From positions 32,001 to 96,000 of the IMG/VR virus record IMGVR_UViG_3300031884_000939: DNA of 64,000 bases. One strand, 5' to 3'. Below, piece after piece: positions 28,478-38,299 of the stretch. The notes under the pieces were generated by a model. It saw only the letters and a program-made list of their open reading frames with translations, had not been told where the DNA came from and did not search any database. The DNA comes from a virus. How positions within the stretch are numbered: the stretch's first letter is position 1; the number at the start of each line of letters is the position of its first letter. Both the position numbers and the translations under genes were made by a program.

Positions 28478-28660
28478 TTATTTCTTCTTTTTGGATTTAG
28501 GAGTAGGTTCTGGAACTACTGTGCCTTCTACTTTTTTGTGTACTTTGACATTTTTACATACTTGTTTGCCTTTTTGTTCATGACAAACTTTTTCCATAAC
28601 GCCACCTGCGTGTGCTACTGTAAATCCTAATGTTAATGCGATTACTAATATAGATTTCAT
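28478..28660 (-). CDS. small secreted protein
   Basis: Signal peptide MKSILVIALTLGFTVAHA; Cys pair. Confidence 0.6.
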   Translation of the reverse strand: MKSILVIALTLGFTVAHAGGVMEKVCHEQKGKQVCKNVKVHKKVEGTVVPEPTPKSKKKK

Positions 28661-28676
28661 TTTATTATCCTTATCC

Positions 28677-29360
28677 TTATAGTGCTGGGAATGACTGTGT
28701 TGGGCCACTTGGCTTACCGCTAGCTGTTATTGGCGGTGTTGAATTAAAGGTTGGAGGAGTGGCTGTTGAGCCAAATCCGCCTGACGCAGGAGCGCCGAAT
28801 CCGCCCGCTGTACTACCCCCGAAACCTCCTGCTGCCGGAGCGCCAAATGTTGAAGCCCCGCTTGATGATGAACCGAATCCGCCACTTTGTTGTCCTCCAA
28901 AACCGCCCCCTGCTGGAGCGCCAAAACCGCCACTTTGTTGACCACCAAAGCCTCCGCCCATTCCGGAGTTCATACCGTTATTCATACCGTTATTCATCAT
29001 GCCAGGTTGCATACCTGGTGGAATATATGTGGTTCCAGCTCCAGGACCAAAGCCTTCGGCTAACCCGCCTTGCTCTGCGCCGGCCATCTTTTCTTTAGTG
29101 CGACCATAAGCGGCAATGCCTAATACCGCACCCATAGCAATATGAAATAGCCCAGCACCTTGTAGTGTAAGTGGCTGCCATTGACTTAAAGGTCCAACTC
29201 TTTGCATAGTTTGAACCAACGCCCACAATACAGGAAATAACATAAAGTCACAACAACATACAGCCATATACATCCAGCCCATCATTGGACGCCATTTGGC
29301 ATTCATCCAATCTTCTTTTTTCTTCTCACTTGCGCTTAGTTGATTCTCGCAGTTAGACAT
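28677..29360 (-). CDS. holin-like membrane protein (3TM family) with Gly/Phe-rich tail
   Basis: WRPMMGWMY and GAVLGIAAYGRTKEK; near the endolysin. Confidence 0.7.
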   Translation of the reverse strand: MSNCENQLSASEKKKEDWMNAKWRPMMGWMYMAVCCCDFMLFPVLWALVQTMQRVGPLSQWQPLTLQGAGLFHIAMGAVLGIAAYGRTKEKMAGAEQGGLAEGFGPGAGTTYIPPGMQPGMMNNGMNNGMNSGMGGGFGGQQSGGFGAPAGGGFGGQQSGGFGSSSSGASTFGAPAAGGFGGSTAGGFGAPASGGFGSTATPPTFNSTPPITASGKPSGPTQSFPAL

Positions 29361-29397
29361 ATTAGCTCCTTGTTATTGTTATTATTTTGTATTTATA

Positions 29398-29808
29398 TTA
29401 TTGCGGTGCTACTAAAGGTGGAGCTTCTGGATCTGTTACTTGTTCTAACTGTGCCGGTGTAAGAGCTGTAGGATCTATAGCAACAGGAGCTGTAACTACT
29501 ACAGGTGCTACAGGAGCAGCACGATTCATAATTTCTTCGGCTTTTCGAGCGGCAGCTTCTGCTTCGGTTGCTAATGCTTCTGCGGCAGCTTGTGCCTTAG
29601 CTACATCAGCTCGGGCACGTGCGGCGGCAGCTTGTGCGGCTTGACTAGCAGTTTGCGCGGCTTTAGCAGCTTTAACTTTAGCGGCTTGTAATGCTTGTTC
29701 AGCATGAGCAATATCTGCTTCTGCGTGTTCTGCTATTTGTTTAGCATCAATAAATGCGGCTTTTAATTTTTCTGCGGCCGCTTTTTCAATTTTTGTAAAC
29801 CATCCCAT
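29398..29808 (-). CDS. Ala-rich coiled-coil protein
   Basis: AAGGAG SD before MGWFTK. Confidence 0.65.
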   Translation of the reverse strand: MGWFTKIEKAAAEKLKAAFIDAKQIAEHAEADIAHAEQALQAAKVKAAKAAQTASQAAQAAAARARADVAKAQAAAEALATEAEAAARKAEEIMNRAAPVAPVVVTAPVAIDPTALTPAQLEQVTDPEAPPLVAPQ

Positions 29809-29818
29809 GTTATTCTCC

Positions 29819-30079
29819 TTAATATACTGCGCCAATAATAGTTAATAATCCACTAATAACTGTGTTTAGTGTTTCTTTAAACTGTAACTGACTCATTTCT
29901 TGTACAACGGCTAATTGTCGTTGTGTATCTTTTAATAGCTCTGCTAAATCTTGTGTACTAAACTGTCCAGCTTGTGCGGCTTGGGTAGCTTGTTGAATAT
30001 TCTGTGCCGCTTGAGCAAACGCAGGATCTCCACAGTTAGCTAAGTCCGATAATGCTTGATTGATTTGATCCATATTCAT
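29819..30079 (-). CDS. hypothetical protein
   Basis: Coupled ORF in the lysis cassette. Confidence 0.6.
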   Translation of the reverse strand: MNMDQINQALSDLANCGDPAFAQAAQNIQQATQAAQAGQFSTQDLAELLKDTQRQLAVVQEMSQLQFKETLNTVISGLLTIIGAVY

Positions 30080-30477
30080 CGAGGTCTACTCCCTATAACG
30101 TGTTGAATTATTTCTGCTGTATTCTCAACATTAGACATTTTGAGTTTACAGAATAACGGCGACACTGGTGTGCTTTCTGTGTATCTAGTTGCTAACCCTT
30201 GTGCTATTTCGTTTAATGACTTTGCGGCTTTATAGCCGTTGTCATTGTGTGGTAATTCTTGACTATACTTTTCATACAATTCTGTTTTATATGCTAATGC
30301 TGTAGCATTGGATTGCGCTAGTAAAGGATTACTACATTGATTTTTATACATACTAGCATCTACACGAATTTCTGTAATTTGATGATATTCAATGTTATCA
30401 AACTTAGTCATTAACACAGCATCTACTACTGTACAACTAACTAATACAGGTAATAATAGTGCTATAAGGCGTTTCAT
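30076..30477 (-). CDS. predicted lipoprotein
   Basis: Lipobox LVSC. Confidence 0.6.
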   Translation of the reverse strand: MKRLIALLLPVLVSCTVVDAVLMTKFDNIEYHQITEIRVDASMYKNQCSNPLLAQSNATALAYKTELYEKYSQELPHNDNGYKAAKSLNEIAQGLATRYTESTPVSPLFCKLKMSNVENTAEIIQHVIGSRPR

Positions 30478-30746
30478 TTAGATTCACCGTAAATGTTTTT
30501 GTTTGTGTTATACCATTGTATCCAAGTTTCAACTCGTTCCTTTAACAAATAGTATTGAGCAAAATTATCATTTGCGTTTTCAATCATATCTGTTAGTGTG
30601 CGCTTGTCTTCTGGCAATGGAGTTAAATCTGGTGGCGGTGCTAACATTTCATCACTAGCAGTAGGCCACTTTAATGTAACTGGAACAGTATTATTAGCAC
30701 AACCGGCAATAGTAACCACAAATAATAGTATTAATAATTTTTTCAT
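30474..30746 (-). CDS. outer-membrane spanin (Rz1-like lipoprotein)
   Basis: Lipobox IAGC, Pro-rich segment; follows the i-spanin candidate. Confidence 0.7.
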   Translation of the reverse strand: MKKLLILLFVVTIAGCANNTVPVTLKWPTASDEMLAPPPDLTPLPEDKRTLTDMIENANDNFAQYYLLKERVETWIQWYNTNKNIYGESK

Positions 30747-31222
30747 TTTGTTGGCCCTACGGTAACAAATCCATTAGTAGCTTGATTTTTAACAGCGCGA
30801 TTATAAGTATCAAAAGCTATATCATTTATAGTACATTCTTTGTTTATTACTACACGATTTTGTTCAGCTTGTTGTTTAACTCCATAAGTATGACCTTTAA
30901 TTAAATTTTCATTAGCTTTAAGAGCTTGAGTAAGTTGTGCGTTGGCAGCATCACTTTTTTGTTCTAGTAATTGCATTTGCTGTTGTGCGTCTTTTAAATC
31001 TTGTTGATATATAGCTACTACACCAGAGCCACCATACATAAAAATACTAACCAACATTACTATACCACTAACTGGTTTAAGGAATATAGCATAAGGTTTA
31101 CATTCAGGAATATGTGTTAATATTCCAGATAAAAAATAAATTGCGGCGGCACCACCTGCGGCAGCTGGCCATACCCAGACTGGTATGTTACCTAACAAGT
31201 AGTGGACAGCAAAAGCATACAT
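30743..31222 (-). CDS. inner-membrane spanin (Rz-like)
   Basis: N-terminal TM helices plus coiled coil, directly after the endolysin. Confidence 0.6.
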   Translation of the reverse strand: MYAFAVHYLLGNIPVWVWPAAAGGAAAIYFLSGILTHIPECKPYAIFLKPVSGIVMLVSIFMYGGSGVVAIYQQDLKDAQQQMQLLEQKSDAANAQLTQALKANENLIKGHTYGVKQQAEQNRVVINKECTINDIAFDTYNRAVKNQATNGFVTVGPTK

Positions 31223-31833
31223 TATGAACTCAATATCTGATAAGCACGACTACAATGTTGTTCGCGTTCAGGAAGACCTAATTCGCCGCCATTGATTTTA
31301 ATACTTAACTCACGAATATTGCCAGCATCGGCATATTGATTAAGATTATTATTTTCCCAGAACCAGCAAGCTGATTGAATAGCGCCTTCGAATGTAGTAA
31401 GGAACGCAGGAACATCGTCGATATTCATTTGTAGACTGTCAGCAAATGCTTGATAGTTACTACGACCAGTAACTTGAATCAAACCGCGGCCACAAAACTT
31501 CCAACCATCGCCTGATGCTTCGTCGCCATTGCCCATACGACCAGCATAAGCACGATTAGCAATCTTTTCTGGATTGTGTGCGTATTGGTCAGCAATGTCT
31601 GGTGTAAAGTGACTAGGCCAAACACGACATAAGCTAGCCGCCTGATAATTTAAATTTTCATGTAATGCTGTATAGCCAGCAGACTCAACATAAGTTTCAC
31701 CTAAAAAGGCAGCTACCCGATTGATTGTTGTGATATCGTAATCAGGAAGAATTTTGTTTAATGCGTTACACCAGTGTTCAACATATTCGTTGCCTGGTAA
31801 TATTTGTGCTAATTGATCTTGTCTTATTTCCAT
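31222..31833 (-). CDS. GH19 (chitinase-like) endolysin
   Basis: ES...ENLNY, RMGNG...GDGWKFCGRGLIQVTGRSNY, INGG. Confidence 0.92.
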   Translation of the reverse strand: MEIRQDQLAQILPGNEYVEHWCNALNKILPDYDITTINRVAAFLGETYVESAGYTALHENLNYQAASLCRVWPSHFTPDIADQYAHNPEKIANRAYAGRMGNGDEASGDGWKFCGRGLIQVTGRSNYQAFADSLQMNIDDVPAFLTTFEGAIQSACWFWENNNLNQYADAGNIRELSIKINGGELGLPEREQHCSRAYQILSS

Positions 31834-31871
31834 AGTAGATGTGCTCCGTGTCTACTAATATTTAGTTAGAT

Positions 31872-32279
31872 TTAAGGTAAAATGTTGCTGGCTATTATAC
31901 TAGCCCAACGCTCAGCATCTTGTTCTGTTACACGATAATCGTATGTTTTAGGGCTTTTAAATAAGGCATTAGTATCAGCAAATCTGCCCTCTTTAATAGT
32001 ATCTACCCATATTGTAATCTCCGGGGCAAATATTTCACGCATTTCTAGTAATGGGCATACGAAATCAGCAATAGCATATTCTGATTCACTTGCGTCACAT
32101 AGTTCACGCATACGACGACTTTGACGAATTCTTCCTTCTTCGCTAAAGTCCCAATCGTTAAATTGTGCTCTAATTTCGTCAGCATTAAAATGCTGTGCGT
32201 TAATTTTTTCTACTAAGGATTTTGCTAAGGTAGTTTTTCCTGAGCCAGGAAGGCCCAGGATTAAAATACGATGTGCCAT
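31872..32279 (-). CDS. P-loop kinase, adenylyl-sulfate kinase-like
   Basis: GLPGSGKTT, NADEIR...DWDFSEEGRIRQ, DFVCP. Confidence 0.75.
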   Translation of the reverse strand: MAHRILILGLPGSGKTTLAKSLVEKINAQHFNADEIRAQFNDWDFSEEGRIRQSRRMRELCDASESEYAIADFVCPLLEMREIFAPEITIWVDTIKEGRFADTNALFKSPKTYDYRVTEQDAERWASIIASNILP

Positions 32280-32369
32280 TATTATTATAATCTTTCAATA
32301 GTTACATAACTACCGTACGGCGTTGTGTTTGTGGTAAGCATCCAGGTGCTCATTTAGCTTGTCCTGTTT

Positions 32370-32578
32370 TTATTCTTCTTTGACCCAACGGCAAGTTGTT
32401 TCGTCAAATGTGTAGCCATCGCCCGGTGTAGGTGCTATGAATGCGTCACGACCTGAGTCATATGTAAATCCAACGCCGGCTCTATCACTGCTACAGGCTC
32501 TTGTACAACTTTCTCGGCTCCTGTACCATGTTGTTCTATTGTGTCAGCTAATGCTCTTAATATTTCTTCAAATCTCAT
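32370..32578 (-). pseudogene. probable deletion-fusion remnant of two genes
   Basis: MRFEEILRAL... frame joins near 32480 to a start-less -1 frame AGVGFTYDSGRDAFIAP...TCRW. Confidence 0.55.
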
Positions 32579-32579
32579 T

Positions 32580-33137
32580 TTATAATATCCCCGCGGCGGC
32601 TTGTAGAGCTTTGATAGATTCATCTTGCTCGTAATATGCTTTTGTAGGCAACCCAGCTGCCACTCGCATTTCGTTTAATCCTTCATCGTGTGTTTCACGA
32701 TATGCTTTTGGCGATAGTGGAACTATGCGCTCAAATTCTTCTTGAGTGTAAGGATATTCCTTACCTTCATAAACCATTGTCCAATCTTTTGGCTCAAATT
32801 CTGTTAAGGTAGACAAATCATCTAATAACTGTTGTACATGGGAACCTGCTGTACTGCGTCTACGAATTTCAACATATACTAAGTAACGATTTGGTTTAAT
32901 TTCGCCTGGACTACGGTCAGCATCAATAATAAAATCATAACCTTTTTCGAACCAATTCATTAAATCTTTCGAAGCATTAGGGTCGCGAACAAAGAAAGAG
33001 ATAACAATAATGTCATCATCCTCGCCCATCTTGCTAGTAAACTCGTCAATATGAATAACTGGCTTTAATAAGCCTTCCATGTCTTTATATTCTAAAGTTT
33101 CAAATATAAAATTAGAGTTGAGGTTCTTGTTGTCCAT
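32580..33137 (-). CDS. hypothetical phage protein
   Basis: 185 aa with IFET and LNEM..AAG linkers. Confidence 0.7.
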   Translation of the reverse strand: MDNKNLNSNFIFETLEYKDMEGLLKPVIHIDEFTSKMGEDDDIIVISFFVRDPNASKDLMNWFEKGYDFIIDADRSPGEIKPNRYLVYVEIRRRSTAGSHVQQLLDDLSTLTEFEPKDWTMVYEGKEYPYTQEEFERIVPLSPKAYRETHDEGLNEMRVAAGLPTKAYYEQDESIKALQAAAGIL

Positions 33138-33684
33138 TGTCTGTATAGTTAGGTTGTGTTTGTTCTTTGTCTAAATCTTTACTGTACGCATTGTCTAAGT
33201 CTTCCAAGTCCATTTCTTCCTCTTCCAACGCAATACTTCCAGTACGGATATCACTCATTAAATTCTTAGGCATAGTAATTTCTACTAGCCAAATCTTTTT
33301 CTCGATAATTCTAGCAATTTTAGTGCCAGGACGATAATCGGATGGATCCTCAATTTTAAGAGGAATCTTCATGTTAGTTTTTTTAAATTTTACTTCACAA
33401 TCAAAAGGAAGTAATCTGCGAGCCCCGCGTGGGTCTGGCATTAAATTCTCAGGCCACATAAAAATACAAGAAACTTTGTATTTGGAAATAGTAGGGCCTT
33501 GTACTAATTCACCAATTCCCCAGTTCTTAAATGCGTATAAATCCAAAGAATCCAACACACGCTCGTAGTCAAGTAAAGTTAATAAACTACCTTCACTAAG
33601 GTAGATATCTTTAATGTTGGCGGCGACCTGCCAATAGTCGGCATGATCTTTAAAGATTTCAGAGTCAAAAGGTTTATTTGCCAT
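33112..33684 (-). CDS. hypothetical phage protein
   Basis: 190-aa ORF; TAAATA upstream. Confidence 0.7.
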   Translation of the reverse strand: MANKPFDSEIFKDHADYWQVAANIKDIYLSEGSLLTLLDYERVLDSLDLYAFKNWGIGELVQGPTISKYKVSCIFMWPENLMPDPRGARRLLPFDCEVKFKKTNMKIPLKIEDPSDYRPGTKIARIIEKKIWLVEITMPKNLMSDIRTGSIALEEEEMDLEDLDNAYSKDLDKEQTQPNYTDNGQQEPQL

Positions 33685-33873
33685 AGTAATGTATTTAGTT
33701 AAATGGAAAGGTTAAGGTTATTTTGAAATTTAAGCGCAGAACAGCACTTTGGACTATTACTTATGCTTGAAATATAAGATATTAACACCCATAGAATATA
33801 AAAATCATGGGTCGTAAATACTCTTGACAGCAAGGTGCTGTCGGAAGTAACTCAACTACAAACGGAGTCTAAA

Positions 33874-34608
33874 TTGAGTAGACAAAGAGCAGCAAAATCT
33901 CAAAAACGTCAAATGACACATCAAGAAAATACGATAAGGTTCGATCAGGCAAAACCAGTAAAACAGCGCCCAATTGATATAGTTCCTAGAACTAGAAATC
34001 AAGAGCGTTTAGTGCTGGCTTTACAAAGTGACGAGCAACATATCGTTGTAACAGCAGGCCCTGCGGGCACAGGCAAGACATATCTTGCCGTCCTGGCGGC
34101 AATAAAAGCCTTTAGAGAAGGAGAAGTAGATCGCATAGTACTAACTAGACCAGCAGTTTCTGTTGAAAACGAAAATCACGGATTTTTACCGGGTGACTTA
34201 AATCAAAAAATGGACCCGTGGATTAAACCAATTACAGACATACTGAGAGAGTATTATCGTCCGCAAGACATTGCAGCGATGATCGAAGATCAGAAAATTG
34301 AAATTGCTCCGTTGTCGTTTATGCGTGGACGCACATTCAAAGACAGTTTTATTATTGCCGATGAAATGCAAAATGCCACGCCTAATCAAGTAAAAATGCT
34401 AATGACCCGTATTGGCGAAGGCAGTAAAATTGTAATCACGGGCGACGTAGAACAAGCCGATCGTAATCGCGGCAACAATGGTTTGATGGACCTTTGTTTA
34501 AGATTATCGAAAGGGGGTGTAAAGGGTATTGCTGTTTGCGATTTAGATTGTCGCGATATACAGCGGCACAAGATCATTGATAGTGTGCTAAACCTTTACG
34601 CTGATTGA
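33874..34608 (+). CDS. phoH: PhoH-family ATPase
   Basis: GPAGTGKT, TRPAV, GFLPG, MRGRTF, DEMQN, TGD..Q; TTG start inferred after ACGGAG. Confidence 0.93.
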   Translation: MSRQRAAKSQKRQMTHQENTIRFDQAKPVKQRPIDIVPRTRNQERLVLALQSDEQHIVVTAGPAGTGKTYLAVLAAIKAFREGEVDRIVLTRPAVSVENENHGFLPGDLNQKMDPWIKPITDILREYYRPQDIAAMIEDQKIEIAPLSFMRGRTFKDSFIIADEMQNATPNQVKMLMTRIGEGSKIVITGDVEQADRNRGNNGLMDLCLRLSKGGVKGIAVCDLDCRDIQRHKIIDSVLNLYAD

Positions 34609-35207
34609 CCAGTAATTAGCTCGTAAATGTGCTTCCAGTTCTTTACGAGCGTTACTCCAGGATGGTAGTGATGCATGTTGTGGCCGTGCTCTATTAGTAG
34701 GGAATTTAATCCATACTTGTATCCGGCCTCAGCATTCTCGATTTTGTCTTCAATCCAAACTAGGCCAGTGCCTTCATATTCTTCTAAGGCCTCATCTTTG
34801 TGTGCGCCAGTATCCAGACACACGATGCGTTCAAAAGTATGCTCACCAAACAATTTACTTAGATTCATCTCACGAAGTCTCTGAGCATTAGGATCTAGAC
34901 TTAGTGAAGTAATACAGTGGAATTTATAACCGTGTTCCTCGACTAAGCGTTTTACATAGTACATGGCATCGCGCTGGGCGGGAAGGAATCCAATGGCCGC
35001 ACTTTCATTAAAAATGCGTATCAGCTTGACTACTTGTTCACGAGGTATGCCATAACGGATAGACATATCGTAATTGAGCTTGCTACCTGGAACTTCTTCG
35101 AATCCGTGTTCTTGCATCCAGACATTAAAGGCCCATTCCCAATCTAACAAACAACCGTCAGCATCGGTTAGGATAAGTTTTTTTCTGTTTCTATATTTCG
35201 ATTTCAT
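34596..35207 (-). CDS. HAD-family 5'(3')-deoxyribonucleotidase-like phosphatase
   Basis: LTDADGCLLDW and WIEDK motifs. Confidence 0.75.
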   Translation of the reverse strand: MKSKYRNRKKLILTDADGCLLDWEWAFNVWMQEHGFEEVPGSKLNYDMSIRYGIPREQVVKLIRIFNESAAIGFLPAQRDAMYYVKRLVEEHGYKFHCITSLSLDPNAQRLREMNLSKLFGEHTFERIVCLDTGAHKDEALEEYEGTGLVWIEDKIENAEAGYKYGLNSLLIEHGHNMHHYHPGVTLVKNWKHIYELITGQSA

Positions 35208-35242
35208 ATTACTATTATAGTATAATATGAATTGTTTGTCAA
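35203..35242 (-). promoter_or_regulatory. sigma70-type promoter with inverted repeat over the start codon
   Basis: TTGACA-N17-TATAAT; arms TTCATATTA/TAATATGAA. Confidence 0.75.
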
Positions 35243-35258
35243 GTTAGTGCGTACTAAC

Positions 35259-35867
35259 TTAGACTTTGTGAGTCCCATTATACATAGGGTGATCAAACTC
35301 GGCTGACGAAATAGTGCTAAAAATATGAATTGGAAGTACTATAAGTTCAGAATCATTAGTTTTGAAATGATGGGGAGTCATTTTTCCAAGCAAAATAACA
35401 TCACCACAATTTAATTGGTACTCTTGTTGAGAATCAGCTGTACCAACAATAGATATACCTTGTCCCTGTACAACATAAACTACTCTTGGCGTAGCATGAA
35501 TGTGATGAGCTTGTTCAGATGTATAAGGGGGAATACATAACATTTGGAATGTTGGGTCGCCTGGCCGAACTGGATTAATTAATTGTTTTGTGCTACATCC
35601 GTTGATGTAAGGTAAATCAGTTCCGCGATTAAATGTACTAGTTCTTGTTTCTGGTGTATAGCCAAAAATTTCCACACACATTTTTGTAGATAATAATGTT
35701 GTACCGTCACCTGTTTTTGATACAGCGGTATCATTGTCCAAATACCAGTAACTCGATAGTTGATTAGTTAAAATAGTTTGCTCACCGATATACACTTTAT
35801 ATTGATATAAATCGCTACTCACTGATTCGTATGTAGATGGTGTGTTTGAATTAAGTATTTGGAACAT
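35259..35867 (-). CDS. cupin-domain protein
   Basis: HHIH...VYVVQGQG...GDVI...PHHF; start uncertain. Confidence 0.7.
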   Translation of the reverse strand: MFQILNSNTPSTYESVSSDLYQYKVYIGEQTILTNQLSSYWYLDNDTAVSKTGDGTTLLSTKMCVEIFGYTPETRTSTFNRGTDLPYINGCSTKQLINPVRPGDPTFQMLCIPPYTSEQAHHIHATPRVVYVVQGQGISIVGTADSQQEYQLNCGDVILLGKMTPHHFKTNDSELIVLPIHIFSTISSAEFDHPMYNGTHKV

Positions 35868-36138
35868 TTTTGCTTTCAGTAGGTAATGCGTGGCCATTTT
35901 CTTGTAACAATCTTTCCATAATAGCAGGATAAAATGGATAATAGTAGCCAACTATACGCTCCCAATCTTTTGGAATAGTGCTATCACGCAACGATGCTTT
36001 AAGTACTTTGCATTCTTTAAAGTCCAAAATAACACTAGCAGTTTGCCAATCTTTAGTACGAACCCTAGTAGTTACAGTCATACCTTCGTCAATTTTACCG
36101 TTGGCTTGGTAAAAATAAGTTAACATTAAATATCTCAT
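35851..36138 (-). CDS. hypothetical protein
   Basis: ATGA-coupled to the clamp loader. Confidence 0.65.
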   Translation of the reverse strand: MRYLMLTYFYQANGKIDEGMTVTTRVRTKDWQTASVILDFKECKVLKASLRDSTIPKDWERIVGYYYPFYPAIMERLLQENGHALPTESKNVPNT

Positions 36139-37055
36139 AGTTGGCACAATTCAGTTAATGTAGCGGACAAGTTAATTTCTTGGTCAGCTACCATAGGAAC
36201 ATTTACAAGCCCATTGCGAATAATAATAATTGCTTGATCCTGTTTGTGTGTATCAGTACTCCATAAGTCTAAGTTATCATACATCCAGCGGAACATACTG
36301 TCCATATCTTCAGTACTTGCTTGACTACAAATAATCTTACGGGCTTCGTTAGTCTTGCCAGCTTTAAATAATGCTACAGCGTCTAGCTTCCAATCTTTAA
36401 CTGACTGATCATTGTCGCCTGGTTTAACTAAAGTGCCGGTCATGCTATTGGGTTGTACTAAATTTAAACATTTGCGCAAGTCTGGGTAAGTGGCACGCAC
36501 ATAAGAATCTAGTGTGTCTAAATCAAATTCAACTTCCTCAGTCACTAATACAGTTGCTACACGAGCAGTAAACTCTGTAATATCTGTTTTTTCAATATGA
36601 AAGCCTTGGCAACGACTATGAATCGCTGGCATAATTTTATTAGGATAGTTACAAGTTAAAATAAAACGCACAGATTCTGCGTAGTCTTCCATTAAGTTAC
36701 GAAGTGCTGGTTGAACAGAGTTAATGTTCATATAATCAGCTTCGTCAATCAATACTACTTTAAATTTGCCAAATGGCATAGTACTACAAAAGCCAATTAG
36801 CTTATCAATCCACTCAACTTTTCTGGCATCTTTAGAACCGTTAGCTGACATTACATCATATTCATCTACACCTAGCTCGTTAATTAATAACTTAGCTAAT
36901 GTAGTCTTGCCTGTGCCAGGGCTACCGCTTAATAATAAATGCGGAATACTGCCTTGTTTAATCCAAGTTGTAACTTGTTGTTTTTGACTTTCGTCGGTAA
37001 ACACATACCCTTCAGTAGTGTTGGGCCTAAATTTTTCTGTCCAAAGAGCCTGCAT
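36135..37055 (-). CDS. clamp loader AAA+ subunit (gp44/RFC-like)
   Basis: LWTEKFRP, GSPGTGKT, DEAD, SRC. Confidence 0.93.
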   Translation of the reverse strand: MQALWTEKFRPNTTEGYVFTDESQKQQVTTWIKQGSIPHLLLSGSPGTGKTTLAKLLINELGVDEYDVMSANGSKDARKVEWIDKLIGFCSTMPFGKFKVVLIDEADYMNINSVQPALRNLMEDYAESVRFILTCNYPNKIMPAIHSRCQGFHIEKTDITEFTARVATVLVTEEVEFDLDTLDSYVRATYPDLRKCLNLVQPNSMTGTLVKPGDNDQSVKDWKLDAVALFKAGKTNEARKIICSQASTEDMDSMFRWMYDNLDLWSTDTHKQDQAIIIIRNGLVNVPMVADQEINLSATLTELCQL

Positions 37056-37323
37056 CTATTTCTTCCTTATCCAATATTAATTTTACATCATATCCTGCTA
37101 ATTTTACAGCCGCCAAAGTTGTTTCATCTGTGCCTTTAATGTTTTCTTTATCGTACTTAGATACTAGTCTTTCTTCATTATACACATTTAAAGGGTCGTC
37201 GTCAACTGGTTTGGCTGGTTGTGTTTTGCCAAAGATTGAATCCCAATTATTTTGAACTGTTTCGTTTGATACTAGATTCGGCCTGCGGCCATAGCCTTTG
37301 CCACCGTCTCCGGATAATGCCAT
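37027..37323 (-). CDS. hypothetical protein
   Basis: GGKG..RRP...NWDSIFGK small phage motif. Confidence 0.6.
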   Translation of the reverse strand: MALSGDGGKGYGRRPNLVSNETVQNNWDSIFGKTQPAKPVDDDPLNVYNEERLVSKYDKENIKGTDETTLAAVKLAGYDVKLILDKEEIDAGSLDRKI

Positions 37324-37535
37324 TATACCAACTCTTCAGCAATACCTAATAATTCAGCAAACACCAATAGGTATCCAGCTGACTGAATGTAAGGATTCAT
37401 TTCTAACCAACCACCACCAGCAAGTGCTAGTCCAGCTATAATTCGTAATGCGCTTTTAGCTAAACTAATTCTTAAATGTTTGGCGGCATTTGGATGTTTT
37501 TCTATTTGTGTTGCGTTAGGTCTAGTTAATCCCAT
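37323..37535 (-). CDS. small membrane protein
   Basis: Two hydrophobic helices. Confidence 0.6.
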   Translation of the reverse strand: MGLTRPNATQIEKHPNAAKHLRISLAKSALRIIAGLALAGGGWLEMNPYIQSAGYLLVFAELLGIAEELV

Positions 37536-37536
37536 A

Positions 37537-37722
37537 TTATTTTCCTTTAAAAAAATGAAGTATATTATAAAATCTAGTTTTATAATGGGTGAACAGGGGT
37601 TTTAATATTGCTGGATGGTACGGACAGCGTCCTTGCCGATAATCACACTCAGGAGTGTATTCGTGTCCGCAAGTTGAACAATCTATCTTTTTAGTAGTTG
37701 AATTAATCTTTCTTGATCCCAT
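37537..37722 (-). CDS. small Cys-rich hypothetical protein
   Basis: CSTC...CDYRQGRCP. Confidence 0.5.
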   Translation of the reverse strand: MGSRKINSTTKKIDCSTCGHEYTPECDYRQGRCPYHPAILKPLFTHYKTRFYNILHFFKGK

Positions 37723-37904
37723 ATTTCTTCTCCAGCAAATTTTGGTAATGAAACAAACGCATCATCTAAATATCGTTTGAGCATATATAAATCTCTTTTA
37801 CAATTCATTTGAGTAAATCCATCATTCATTGGAGAACTGATTTCACTAATCGATTCTCTTATTGCTTGATAAGCTGGATTTAAGTTGGGCTGTTTAAAAC
37901 CCAT
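37683..37904 (-). CDS. hypothetical protein
   Basis: Coupled ORF. Confidence 0.6.
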   Translation of the reverse strand: MGFKQPNLNPAYQAIRESISEISSPMNDGFTQMNCKRDLYMLKRYLDDAFVSLPKFAGEEIWDQERLIQLLKR

Positions 37905-38299
37905 TAGCTTGGCATTTCTTGTTTTTCAATATGTACAGCAGTTGAAATACCTTCCAATGTTGGGCACTCAACATCGTCGGATACAAGTAGTATATCCTTA
38001 GGATCAATCTTACGAACAGTTTGTTCGCCGTTTTCATCTTCTATTTCTAAACCGCGAGTCCAACGACCGTGTGCTACAAGAATCCACTGTCCTACTTTGA
38101 CTGTAGTTTGTTTTGGTCCTACCGCATATACCTTACCCCAGCGTGGACGAATGCCATGGCCCTTACCATTGTCGTTTGGAATCCAAATACCACCTTGAGT
38201 AATACGCACATCAAAAGCCATGTCATGTACAATCACATGATCTTTCACAGCTTTAAACTGTTCTCTTTTTATTTTATGCGGTTCAAACTGATGTTTCAT
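37904..38299 (-). CDS. GroES-like co-chaperonin
   Basis: TQGGIWIP, GKVYAVGP...VKVGQWILV. Confidence 0.85.
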   Translation of the reverse strand: MKHQFEPHKIKREQFKAVKDHVIVHDMAFDVRITQGGIWIPNDNGKGHGIRPRWGKVYAVGPKQTTVKVGQWILVAHGRWTRGLEIEDENGEQTVRKIDPKDILLVSDDVECPTLEGISTAVHIEKQEMPS

